Assembly (NCBI GenBank): GCA_013239625.1
Contig: MU054400.1
Span: 4,589,802-4,653,801, forward strand
Origin: Lama guanicoe
Lineage: Eukaryota
DNA length: 64,000 nt
Direction of reading: 5' to 3'
Positions within the stretch are counted from its first letter, which is position 1. Each line of letters begins with the position of its first letter. The notes below the pieces were generated by a model that saw only the letters and a list, made by a program, of their open reading frames with translations, made no database searches and was not told the origin of the DNA. The translations under genes were made by a program, and so were the position numbers. Shown here one piece after another: positions 12,430-25,094 of this stretch.

Positions 12430-13385
12430 TGCTTATGTCTTTTCACATTAGTGTTTTTATTTTCTTCAGATAAATACCCGGAAGTAAAATTGCTAGATCA
12501 TATGGTATTTCTATTTTTAATTTTTTGCAATTCCATACTATATTCCATTGTGGCTGCACCAATTTACATTCCCACTAATGGTGCACGAGGACTCTCTTTT
12601 CTCCACATCCTCACCAACATTTGTTATTTCTTCTCTTTTTAATAACAGACTTTCTACCGGTGTGAGGTGATGTCTCATGGTGGTTTTGATTTGTATTTCC
12701 CTAATGACTAGCGATATTGAGCATTTCTTCATGTAACTGTTGGCCATCTGTATGTACCTCTGTATCTTCTTTGGAAAAATGTCTCTTCAGATCTTCTACC
12801 CATTTTTAAATCAGATTTTTTTTCTCTTGAGTTTTATAAATTTTTTAAATAGTTTAGATATTAACCCGTTATCAGATGTCAGATTTGCAAATATTTCTTT
12901 CCATTCAGTAGGTTGCCTTTTCATTGTATTGATGGTTTCCCTTGTTGTGCAGAAGTTTTGTAGTTTGATGTCATCTCACTTGCTTATTTTTGCTCTTGTA
13001 TCTTTGCTTTTGGTGTTGAATTCAAAAAAAATCAACATCAAGACTGATGTCAAGGAGCTTACTGCTTATGTTTTCTTCTAGAAGTTTTATGGTTTTAGGT
13101 CCTACATTCAAGTCTTTAATCCATTTGGAGTTAGTTATTGTATACGGTGTAAGACATTAGTCCAGTTTCATTCTTTTGCATGTGGCTGTTCAGTTTTCCC
13201 AACATCATTTATTGAGGAAACTGACCTTTCCTCATTGTATTTTCTTTTATCCTTTGTTGTAAATTAATTGACTATATACGTGTGAGGTTTTTTCTGGACT
13301 CTGTTTGGTTCCATTGATCTATGTGTCTGCTTTTGTGTTGATATCATACTGTTTTGATTGCTATAGCTTTGTAATATAGTTTGAA
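12430..13385 (-). mobile_element. L1 fragment (ORF2 3' region, decayed)
   Basis: Minus ORF 12538-12747 ([26 protein letters not shown]) and KLYYKAIAIKTV are typical L1 ORF2p C-terminal motifs. Confidence 0.95.
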
Positions 13386-13479
13386 TAAAATTTTTTTTTC
13401 TTTTTTAAGGAGACATGGCCCCCTTTCCTCCCCTATCGTCTGCCACTCCCACTCTATTTGGTGGTCATTTGTTTGTCTT

Positions 13480-14600
13480 AATTTCATTTTAAATAATGCT
13501 GCAATGAACATCTTTGTATATCCATTTGTGTACATATGCAAGTATTTATGTCAATAAATTCCTAGATCTAGAATCCCTAGATAAAAAGGAATTTAATTGG
13601 GATAATTTGCCTTTCAAAAGACTTGCAATTTACATTCTTATCAACAGTGTGGATGCTTACTCCTCTATATCCTTGCCATGAATTCTAAACTGTAGCTGTA
13701 ATTTGTACTTCCCTGACTACTAGCAATGTTAAGCATCTTCTCATTTGTTTCTTGGCCATTTGTATTTATTTTTTCATAAATTTCTTGCTAATATCTATTC
13801 ATCTGTTGCTTAGTGTCCCAACCATTTTTGGTCAAAATGTCCAAATTGGTGTTCATGTCTAATAGCATACTTTGAATTACTCCAGCTTTATAATACATTT
13901 TGCTGTAGGATGGTGGTGGTGAGGGGTCTCCCCTCCCCTGTCATTCTTTTTTTGTTTCAACATTCATGCCTATTCTGTGTTTTCTCTTTCAGAGGAATTT
14001 TATAATTATTTTACCCATAAATTCTCCTGGGATTCAACTGGGAAAGTCCTAAATCTATAGATTAATTTGGCAGATGGTAAAACCTTAATAATACTGAGCC
14101 TTGCCATTATGAGCTTGCTACATTTCTCCAACACATAACTACTCTCCTATTTCATGTCTTTCGATAAAGATTTACAAGATTTTTTCCCACATAGGCCTGA
14201 CACATTTGTGTGTTGGGGGGGTATTTCTGGGTTTTTAATTGGGAATAGATTTGGAATTTGATAATTTTCCTTCTCCTAGAAAGTCATTTTGTTCAAATAT
14301 GTTAGCTTGACTTGTACAAACCATGTCCTTATATATATATTTTTCATTCCCTGCTTTCCTGCAGTGGTCAATTTCTCATTTCTAACATTATTTTTTTCTG
14401 TGACTGGATGTGCTGTATGTTTGCCTCTTTCATTTGTATTTTTATAAAATAAAGTTTGGGGTTTTTTTGTTTTGTTTGCTTACTACTTCATTAATTCTAC
14501 TTATTTTTTTGTTTGTTTTCTTCCTTCTTAGGATTTCTTCTCTTGTTGTTTGCTCTTCAGCTTCTTTCTTATTTTGTAGCCTACCTGTGTAACGCCCTAC
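13480..14600 (-). mobile_element. Older, highly diverged L1M fragments
   Basis: 'aataatgctgcaatgaacatctttgtat', 'gcatcttctcatttgtttcttggccatttgtatt', 'aaatctatagattaatttgg'. Confidence 0.7.
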
Positions 14601-16128
14601 GTTCTCCTCCCAGTTCTCCTTCGGCTACTTCCCACGTGGTTTCTACTTTGGAGATTCCCATCTTGATTGCTTCAGTCTCTGTATCTCCTTCCCCTCACCA
14701 GGCATCTCTTAATACTTAGCCCTTCTTCAGTCCTGTTACATCCTGCCACAGCTGAAGCGGGGCAATTCCAGTTCACAGCCAAAACCACTGATGCATCAGG
14801 TTGCCCTTGGTGCTCAGAGTCACTCTCCTCAGTCACCTTCCTCCCTTTGCTAATTCTCTGTCTTCCTGGAGGGTGGCCTCCATACTGTCACTGTCGCTTG
14901 TGTGGCACTGGGTCCCTTTCTGCCTCCATCCTGAGAAAACATGGATCCCCATAGTTTTCTCAATGGATCACTCATAAGAAACACACCCTTCTCCTACTAA
15001 GACTGACCACCTCACTTACATACCATTAGTGCATCATTCTGCTATGCATGTGAGGAGACACACAACCATGCTTTTAGGGTAGTCAAAAATTAGACAGGCT
15101 TCCTAATGTCCTTTAGGGAAAAAAACTTTTCTGAATCCTGGTTGAGATTTCCCACATCTTAAAAATATTCGCTTACCTTCCTCCTCAATACAATGTCCAT
15201 TCTAGATTTACCTATTGAGTCTCCCACAGGCCAGACACCTGATGACCAGATACATATTAAGGTCTATGTGAAGAGGGACCCTCCCTGCCCGGGGGAAGCA
15301 GAAACTGAGACTTTTCTGCATCACAGATGGAGTCCTACTAGGTTTCCCCTCTTCCCAGACCTCTATTTGTTCCTGACCAGCATCTTGGTGATGCTCTGTG
15401 GATGGAGGAACTCTTCCCTTTACCCTAGTTTTTCAATGTGTAAGTAATTGTGATGCAGCTTAACTGACAATTCTTTTTGGAAAGTCAAATCATGATTGTC
15501 ATATAAAATCAATATGTATTGAAGATTTTATCTAACTCATTAATTATGAAGATGAGGAAACCAGTACTATATGAATCCAAAGGAGAAACCAGAGAACACA
15601 CATAAATGCCAAGTCCCCAAAAATGCTAAATGAATTTGCTGAACAGATGCAAAACTTGCTCCTTCCATGAGGGTGTGAGGGGACTGACACCCCTCCATCA
15701 AAGTTTATCTTCATGATTCTGGACAAGAATCATTTTTATTCCTATTAGTTATCTACAATTTACAGAGTTGTAAAATAGCTCAAAGACAAGGAGACTGTAG
15801 AAATAATGTGAAAATGTATGCTCTACAAGACATCCAGGAATGTGCTTTGCTCATTCCAAAGCCATTCACAATTTTTCTGATGCACTTCCCTTAACAGCTT
15901 CAGTTCCATCTTTACTTTGTAAACTGGAACAGTCCCCTTCCCAGAAATCTGGTAGTTTGTGATTATCTGGGATTCCCAAATAAGACATATTTTGGACTCC
16001 TGACAGCTCAGATATATCATAGGGTTTCCTGTGGAATCAAGCTTCCGTGAACACCATCCAATGAGCCACTTGGAACTTGCCCTCGGATTAGACTTGTTTT
16101 GGATAAGTCTTCCTTCTTCTGCCTTTTC

Positions 16129-16245
16129 TTTTTCTTTCTTCTTTTTTTTAATTGAAGTCTAGTCAGTTTACAATGTTGTGTCAATTTCTGGTGGACAGCA
16201 TAATGTTTCAGTCATACATATACATGCATATATTCCTTCCCATAT
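16129..16245 (-). mobile_element. Short 5'-truncated L1 3' end with perfect TSD
   Basis: T-rich tail + 'aattgaagtctagtcagtttacaatgttgtg'; 16-bp TSD CTTCTTCTGCCTTTTC at 16113-16128 and 16246-16261. Confidence 0.92.
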
Positions 16246-16849
16246 CTTCTTCTGCCTTTTCGATACACAAAAGTCACTGGGTGTCCAGGGATCCTCCAGA
16301 TATCAAGAAATAGGGACTGAATCATTATTTGCAGTGACTGTATCTGCCATTTCTTTGGTTCCGTTTTGTCTAGCAAGTATGCTCTGTTTCCCTTCAAGAG
16401 CACAAGAACAATTGCAGGCTTTTTAAATCCCTCTGACTAGAATAATTCCAGCATTAACCAACCCTCAAAATCTCTTCTTTGGTGCACATGGATTCAAGCT
16501 AGATTCATGAGCCGAAAAGAATAGCTCAAATTCCTTTGCTCTGGAGGAGACTTCAGAGGTTGAACAGTCAACTCTACGGTAAGAGGAAAGTGGTCTTTAT
16601 TCACAAGTGGGATGTAGACTGTGACTGGGGACCCTTGAGCTTTAATGTCACTTGTGACATGATAGATCTTTCAATAAATAATAATTTAGGGAGTAATGTT
16701 AATTCTGATCCTCACCCAAATCTTTTTCAGGTAAATATCATTTTCCCATTTTATAGATGAAGAAACTAAGACTCCTTCCATCACACTATGTTGCCCCTCA
16801 ATATTCTAGGTATTTGTTCCACCATTCTGCAAATATCCTATCATGTGTA

Positions 16850-17690
16850 AGGCATTGTGGGGCATCACCATCTATCTGGTCACTCAAGACAGAAACTTGA
16901 TATTAGCCTGACTTCACCATCTGCTCCACCATGCACATCCAGATGCGTTTTCAGTTCCACAATCATCTTGATGTATTTCTCCATTTCATCCTTTCCACTT
17001 TATACCCTGCACCATTAGCTTATTCATCTCTTATTCATCATCATTCTATGAAATAATACAATGTTGCTTTCTGGCCTGCTCAGTTCTTCCCACCTCTTTT
17101 TCCTATCCACATATCCTTCTTATTATCAATGAGTAATACTGCTGATCGATGCATCTCCCTCCTTTGCTCAACAAATCTCAGTAGCTCCCCATGTACTGTA
17201 GGCTAATGTGCAATGTCCTTAGCATGGCCCGAAAATGACTTGAAAAACACGTGAGCTTATCTTTCTTGTCACCCTTCATCTTGGCCACTGATGAACCTAC
17301 AATCTAGCTGTAGCACCATTATTATTTCCTTAGCATCTCATTCCTTTCATGCCTCTGTGCCTATCCTCATGCTGGTCTTTTGAATTGCAATGTCCTTCTC
17401 TGCACCCAGGTCAGATAGCCCCTCTTCTCTGAGGCATTCACTGATACCTCTGATACCATCATTCCCCATGAACCAGGGAAAATAATTCTCTCAGACTGCA
17501 CATTCCTCTACTGCAGCACACACACATTCATGTTCTACGACAGGTGTGTTTATGTTTGTATCCCCAGCTAGACTGTAGCCTCCTCGTGGGCAGGGGCCAT
17601 GCCACACCTTGGGCTGCACAGGATACAGTGCAGAGTCAGCATGAGAAGGTCGTCGATACATGTGCCCTTGAAAATCTGAATTAATCAAAG
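16850..17690. mobile_element. L2 LINE remnant
   Basis: 'aatgtccttagcatggcc', 'tcatgcctctgtgcct..gctggtc', 'ccccagctagactgtagcctcctcgtgggcagggg'. Confidence 0.6.
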
Positions 17691-17887
17691 AACAAATGTC
17701 GAACTTACGGATCCAACTCTGGGGCTCATTCACCACATCTTAATCACTTCAGGACAGAAAAAAACAACAAACAAGCAGAAAAAAACAAGAAAGGACATCT
17801 CAAAAGCTAGTGTTTGGAGAAAGCTGCGTAACCCTCAATGTCTCCCTAAACCGCGGTGGTTAGAAGACAAATTGCCACACTGGGAAC

Positions 17888-18250
17888 CAGTGTTGTGCTG
17901 GAGCCTTGCTCTTCCCAGCTCCACACTCACTGATGCCCTGCGGGCAGCTTGAGATCAGGATGTAGTGGGAGAGTTTATACCGTGGAAATTGACAAATGGA
18001 GCTGGTAAGGTTTGGGAACAGGTGGACTTTGTGTTGTTCCCCATTTTAAGTTGTACAGTTCAGTGGTCTTCAGTGAATTTACTAGGTTGTGCAATTATCA
18101 CCACTATCAAATTTTAGAACATTTTCATTATCCCCCAAAAGAAATCCATACCCAACAACAATCACTTCCACAAAGCCCCTTCCTCAACCCCTGGCACTAT
18201 TTCCTGTTTTTTGAAAGCTGGTTGTTAAACATTTATAACACACCACTGCT
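17888..18250. mobile_element. Arthur1-like hAT-Tip100 element, interrupted by an old L1 piece (about 18040-18200)
   Basis: Termini 'cagtgttgtgctgg' and 'gctggttgttaaacatttataacacaccactg' form imperfect TIRs. Confidence 0.65.
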
Positions 18251-19002
18251 GAGAACTCATCTGCTTTTATAATAACAGTTACTTTTCTCTTCCTTCTCAC
18301 TTAATGCTTTGAGTCTTCAAGTACCATGAGGCCTCCTAAACCCCGAGATCTGTATCACAAAGATTTACGTATCTTTAAAAAGAAGGTATTTTAGCTCTTA
18401 TTTAATTCAATTTATCCATCACAGAATGAGATGAAAAATGGTCATGCATAGAGAGAAGATCAGGAACTAATGAATCTTTTAAAAGGCTAGATCCCTAGCC
18501 TTGTAGGATTTACTTTTGCATGAGACAATGGGCTCTTGTCTATTTTTAGATTAGATAATGCATTTCGTAGGACCCACAGGAGGCCTTGGCTTCTCTTATT
18601 ACTGAGCACACATGCAGAGACCACAGATTTTGTGAAAGGGGGAAAAAGAGACAAGGGAAAAGGATCAGTGGTTTGCTCTTTTGATCACTAATGCAACTCC
18701 ATCAGGAAAGATGAAATATAACGCCTAAGAATTTCCTAAAAGTTGACCACAAATGCACGAAATGCACATGTCAAAAGATGGATATGCATGCACACATTTA
18801 TGTGAGTGCACTTGGACCATGAGATCAATTGTTAATGTCGAAAAGACCCCCTAACCCCAAAACAGCCTCCCCAGATGTGGGCTCCCAGACACTAGATGCA
18901 TATCACTCATCTAATTAATGCTTGCTGATTGAACTTGTTTCTAAATCTTTTCTATTTGCAAGCAGGGAATGCTGGACTGTCCTCTAAGAGAGAGACTCTA
19001 AA

Positions 19003-19158
19003 CCTTGAACTCAAAGTGTGGTCCATTGCATCAGCATTATCTGGAACCTTGTTAGAAATGCAAAGCCTCAGGCCCCACCAAGGTTTACTGAATTCCATTT
19101 GTATTTTATCAACATCTCTAGTTGATTCTCAGGTGCATTAATGTTTGGAAAGCACTGG
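19003..19158. mobile_element. MER5A-like DNA transposon
   Basis: 'ctcaaagtgtggtcc..gcatcagcattatctggaaccttgttagaaatgcaaa..tgtttggaaagcactg'. Confidence 0.8.
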
Positions 19159-21811
19159 ACTGAAACCAGTGGAGGATCATTTAATTGGCATTTGCTGTCA
19201 CTTCACTTTCCTGGGTTTGTATGAAGGACGGATTTGTGGAGACTTAACTTAGAATTCATCCAAATGATCCCCAGCCAGCGTTTAGATGTCTTGGGACTCC
19301 CCATCCAGGCTCAAGCTTTAGTTTTGGAGCTAAAATGAGAGGCTAATTCTCTATCCAGGTTGGAACCCTACTGACTGCACAAAGACCAGTGGCCTATCTT
19401 CACGGATCATGGAAAGTTTTACTTAAAACAATGCTTTTCTATCATAAAAGAAAATAATATACTCATTACAGAAAATCTGGAGAGCTAGGGAGAAGAAAAT
19501 AAATTCACGTGACTTTTAACCACCTTAAAAAACCCTTAAATAACATTCTGACACTTTTTTTCCACCTGTGGGTGTCCCATGCTCTGTTTCCAGTGGAATT
19601 CTTTATTTTACATCATTGAGAGGATAAAGTATATAGAATTTATATCCTGGCTTTTTCACAAGTCATGATTATTCTCACATTTCTAAAAATTCTTCGAGAA
19701 TGATTTTCATGACCCTATATTTTTATATAACTAATCTATACTTTATTAAAATAGTCTCATATTCTTGAATATTTTTAGACTTTTTAACCCTTATAAATGA
19801 CATCGTGATGAACATCCTTGTGTATAAGTCTTTTTCTGATTTTCTGATTACTTCCTCTTTATAGAATTTCAGGGGTACACTTGCTGGGTCAAATGGTGAG
19901 AACTCTGCAGGTGACTGATACAGAATGTGGAACTTTATTATGTGTCATAATGTGAGCTTCCCCCACAGAACCCCAGCAGGTTGGCCACACCCACACCAGC
20001 CTTTTCAAGTCCCTGGCTTCCAACTCCCTGGCTTCCTGGGCGACAGTTACCATTGCATTGTTTTCGTCTGCATGTCTTAGATAACCAGTGTAGTTTCTTC
20101 CTGATATGCCTTGGTCTTGATCTGTTTTATTGCTGGGGTGCTAACCACCAGCAGAGATGCTAATATATTCACATCCCATTGATTCTTTATCTTATCATTT
20201 TCTCTGTCTTTCCAATCGCCATTTAGTTGTTTTTAAAGTCATATAAATGTTTTACATTTTAAATTGAATATAGGCAAAATTATGACTCTTTTCTTTGTGA
20301 TTTCTTCCATAGGGCTTCTGCTTAAAAAGCACATAATTAATCTCTGTATTACTTCCAGAGCGAGGCGAAACAGCAGAATTGATGACGACTATCCTAACCT
20401 CCTTCCTGATCAAGCATGATGCTGGATCACTTCGTGAATAATTCATTCCTTTGCCTTTTTGGGTGATGTTTCCTCAATCATATATTATCTCCTAAAACAT
20501 ACTCAGGAGTCTGACAGCTGACCTATCTTATTGATCTGTCAACTTTTGTTCCAATATCGTATGATTTTAATCATGTTTTAGTCTTAAAACACCTGGCTAA
20601 CTCAGTTTTTACAAACAGGGTGTTGTCTTATTGTTTTACTTTCTAACTTTGGCCCTTATGGCATAAATAAAATTTCCAACCCAAGAGCTGGGTTTTCTGC
20701 CTGTATTTTCAGCAAAGAAGCCATCACCTTTGTTGTTACAATGTAGAGCATTACGTACTAACAGAGGCAGCCTCCTCTCAGCGCCCTGGTAGCTTTGCCT
20801 TTCCAAAAAAGAAACTGGAATGTGCAGAACTTTTTTACATGAGGTCTGAAGTTTCATTATATTCTGACCTGCAAAACAGTTTCCACTCTCCGTTCTTGAT
20901 GTAGCTGGCTATTTAGAGGGTATGACAAATATCTTTAAACAGCCAGGACAAAGTCTGATTATCTTTATGGCTATTTTTGTGGTTGAAATTGTAAATGTCG
21001 AGTGTCCCATGTTTCCTTGAAGAAATCTTTTCCCTTTCCTTTCGGTTCATCTCACATAGACTTACTATTAAATTCCTCACAGTAGTTGTCCTGAGGAAAC
21101 CCGTTCAAGGGCTGTAGAGAGTGAGTAAGAAGAATTTGCCCTCTGGTGTCCAGCAGAACTGGTTCACGTGCTGAGTTCCTCAACTCCTCTTAGCTTCTGC
21201 TCCGTCATCTATAAAACTGAGAAAAGAATGGCTCCTGTCTTGTTGAGTTGGTAGACTTGTTAAGTGAGATTGTATCTGGAAGGAGCTAACATGATGCCTG
21301 GCACAAAATTCACCCTAAATAAATGTTAGCTTAAAAAATAGACCCACTCACTGCAGCCCCTCTCAGTCTTTGCAGATGATCTTGCTTGACTCCTACTTGG
21401 CTGAGTAGATGAAATTCTCAGTCTACCCGCTCCTTTACACACATCCTTGACACATGTTATTCCTTCCATCTTCCTATCTTGAGAAAGGAAGGTTGCCCTT
21501 CCTGCCAAGGATCCTGTATATGTGATCACCTCCCGGTGCAGAAGCTATAATGCGTTTCCTAACCAGCTTTGGAAGTCACACACTGGGAATCCCACTGTAT
21601 TCTATTGGGCCCACACAGCAGCCCCGATTCAGCACGGGAGGAAACGGCACCAGTACGTGAACACTAGAGACAGGGATCCCGGCCACCACAGGCTGGCCCA
21701 GGCTCCTCTTCACCTGTCCGCGCTGGCCACGATCTCTCTCTCTCTCTCAGGCAGAGCTCCCATTTGCAAACGATCCAAGCTGACTCCAAGTATTCAGAAG
21801 AAGAATTTATT

Positions 21812-21962
21812 GGAGAGGATATGGCTCAGTGGTAGAGTACCTGCCTCGCAGGTACAGGGTACCGGGTTCAATCCCCAGCACCTCCATTAAAAATAAATAA
21901 ACAAGTAATACCTAATTACCTCCCTCCACCCCAAAACAATTAAAAATAAAATAAAAATTTTA
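21812..21962 (+). mobile_element. tRNA-derived SINE
   Basis: 'ggagaggatatggctcagtggtagagt..gggttcaatccccagcacctcc' + A-rich tail with 'cctaattacctcc'. Confidence 0.9.
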
Positions 21963-24754
21963 AAAGGAGGAATTCATTAAAAAGACATCGTTGGAAGGGC
22001 TGGTGACCCAAGGTGGCTGAAGTTAAATTTCTAGTAACAATGCCCAAACCAGGCCACAGGACTGGCCTGATGAGACAATCCCCATCGTTGTGGCTGCTGT
22101 CCCACCGGGCATCACACAGAACCACCGCAGTCACTGTCACACCCCAACAATGACACTCCTTTACTTTTCTTTTCTTTTCTTTTCTTTTCTTTTCTTTTCT
22201 TTTTTTTTTGAGTCAAGACTGCAACCTCACAATCACTGTTCCTCAAAAGTCAAAACCTCTGTTGCCCTTCACCCACCAAGAATAATAATAGAAGATTCCA
22301 CAAATAGATCTGTTCCCCAGTTGTTGATTTCTGAACAGATGTTAAATCTGGGTATGTCTGCTCAGGGCCGCATGGGTCACTTTCTTGCCTCCCAGGGGCA
22401 AGGGAGGCTGGGAGTTTCCGTTTTCTGAGTTTCGCTTTGGTGAGGCAAAAGGCCAGAAATCCCCCAGACGCTGTAAGGATTTCAAAAAGTGTAGGACACC
22501 CACAAAGGAGGACAAATTGTCCACGATACCCACTCCTTTCAATCCTTACAATTTGACTTTTGTCTTGCTGTTCCACTAAAACTCTTTCTCAGTGGTCCTC
22601 AGTGTCGCCCAGTGGGCCCGCCCAACCCTTGGATCAGTTCTGCACAAATTGGGGAGATGAAAGTAGCCCTTGGCCAGCATGCTTGGGCAGGTTCTCCAGA
22701 AGCAGACCCGGAGACAAGAACTCATTTCTGAGTGATTTATTAAGAAAGTTTCTCCAAGGAGGCTGGCTAAGCAGTAGAGGACACAGAAGGAAGAGGAAGA
22801 GGCCAAGTGTGGGTGCAATTTCAGGTCAAGTCCCGTGGAGATCCAGCCTCATCCTACAGGGAACTCTGGAGGGCAAGTGATGCCTCAGAGTTGTTTGGCC
22901 GTGAGGCCAGGGAGCTTTCACAATCTACCTTCCTGAGGAGCCAGGGAGGGACGTGAACCTCTGGATCTTTGATCTTGCAGGTCAGGTGGCTACAGTAGCC
23001 TGAGGGCAGTCCTCTGAAAAAGAGAACCAGATTTGGACCTTTGGAGATCAAAGCGCACAGACCCCTTTGCAAAAAATGGTGCACAGACCCAAGGGTTTCT
23101 GGGCAGAGGACAAATGGAGCCCAGAAGAATCAGGGAGTTAATATTCAGTTTCAAATATACCTTCTCACAGAGAGCCCCAACCTGAGACCACCGCCTTGCC
23201 AGCTGGGCTCCTGTCCTCAGTGGGCCACCATGAAGCCACACATCTTATTAGTCCCCTGACTCTACCTCAGTCTTTGTCCAGATGTACTGTTGGCTTACCC
23301 ACACATCCCAAATCTTTCCTGCCTTCATAGCATCATTCCCTATGGCAGGAATGCTCCCCGAGTGGCTGCATCTACTGAAGAGCTCCCTGAGATGCTGCCC
23401 AAACACTGCCCGCGTCAGGAGGTCCTCCCTTGTCACCCAGCATAGCTCTCCTTGAACTAGATGAGGCTATCTTTTCAGAGCCTTATCCCACCTTGTAGGT
23501 ATTTGTGTTCACGTCTTATCTTCGCTGACGGCTTGCAGACTCCTGAGGACAAAGACTGCTTCTTATAAAACGATGTTTACTGCATAGCATCTTACTCATA
23601 GTGTTCCATTACAATATGTATTGGAAGAATCCTGCTTCAGAGTTCAAGAAATATCCAGAATATTGAGGTTTACTTTTAAAATAGAGCATCCCTTACAGCA
23701 GAACCTCCAGTGTGTTACCTTAAATGTACCCTTCCGTTCAAAACAGGGAAATAATATAATATGCTTTCATGTGATTATTTCTGATCTAAAAAGTGAGTAC
23801 TAAAATAAAAGGTTTGGCTCTGGATCCCCAAAGAAAAAAATTCTGGAAAATTTCCCTAACACTTTTAGATAATTTTCAGCAAGTGGATTTATCCCCAGTT
23901 CCTACTAAGACAGAGCTGATGCCTTCTTAGCTGTTGGGGACCACATGTACTCTTGTGCCCCCATCTACTTAAAACCCTTCAGTTTCCCACTGGTCTTAGA
24001 ATTCAGCCCATCATTCACGAGGCCCTGTCTACCCCACCCCACAACCTCATCTCAGCACACTTTCCTTTGCTCACGAAACTCCATCTGCAACAATCTGTAC
24101 TCACTGCCACTATACATCGTGCTTTCCTTTGCTTTAGAGCTATTGTCCCTGCTCTTCCCTCCGCCTACAAACCAGTCCCCCACAGGGGACACGGCTGGTT
24201 GTCTCCTCTTCATCCACTGGGCTCAGATCTCTCAGCCTTCTTTCTCAAGTGGCCTCTTCACCCCTTCCCCAGGAGGTGTCAACCCATCACCCGGGTTATG
24301 TCCGTCAAAGCCTTTATGACCATCCAGAATTATTATTCATTCAAATGTTACTGTCTCCCTTCCCCAACTCAAAACTGCAAGTTGCCCAAAGGAGATCGCC
24401 CTGTATATAAGCTCGGAGCCAATAACAATTCTTCAGTCAGGACAGGCATTCTATTAATAATTGCTAAATGACCGAATGGAAAAATATGCTTTGGAGATGA
24501 AAGGTCTTCTTATTGCAAGACAATGAAACACAAAATTATAAAGTAATAGATAAATTCAACTTCATAAAATTTTTAAAGTTTCTGTATGATAAAATGTGAG
24601 TAAACCAAGTAAAAAAAAAAAAAACTTGGAACATGCGTAACAGACCACAGATTATTAATGATTCCCACCGATTTAGGTGACTGAGAAGGATTTTACTTAA
24701 AAGAAAATCCTGAGAAGGATTTTACTTTATAAAAAGTGAAAAAGGAGTCCAAGG

Positions 24755-24946
24755 AGGGGAGGGGATAGCTCAGTGGTAGAGTGCGTGCTTAGCATGCACA
24801 AGGTCCTGAGTTCAATCCCCAGTACCTCTGTTAAAAATAAAAATAAATTAAATAACTGACTACACTTTAATAATAAAAAGTAAATTAATTAATTAAATAA
24901 AAATACTAAATAAACAAACCTAGTTACCACCTCCCCCAAAACAAAC
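24755..24946 (+). mobile_element. tRNA-derived SINE (first of a tandem pair)
   Basis: 'ggggaggggatagctcagtggtagagtgcgtgcttagcatgcacaaggtcctgagttcaatccccagtacctc' + A-rich tail. Confidence 0.95.
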
Positions 24947-24960
24947 AAAAAGGAGTCCAA

Positions 24961-25094
24961 GGGGGAGGGTATAGCTCAGTGTAGGGTGCATGTCTAGCAT
25001 GCACAAGGTCCTGGGTTCAAACCCCAGAACCTTCATTTAAAAAATAAAAATAAAATAAAGAAATAAATAAACCTAATCACACAGCCCCCTACCC
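24961..25094 (+). mobile_element. tRNA-derived SINE (second of a tandem pair)
   Basis: 'gggggagggtatagctcagtgtagggtgcatg..aaggtcctgggttcaaaccccag' + tail. Confidence 0.95.

Noticed and set aside
23945..24471. Overlapping 124- and 172-aa ORFs
   Set aside because: They lie in what looks like an L2 remnant; compositionally biased, with no homology recognised.
24755..24830. tRNA-like sequence with A and B boxes (and similar heads elsewhere)
   Set aside because: Multi-copy SINE heads with A-rich tails and TSDs; no proper acceptor stem, so not tRNA genes.
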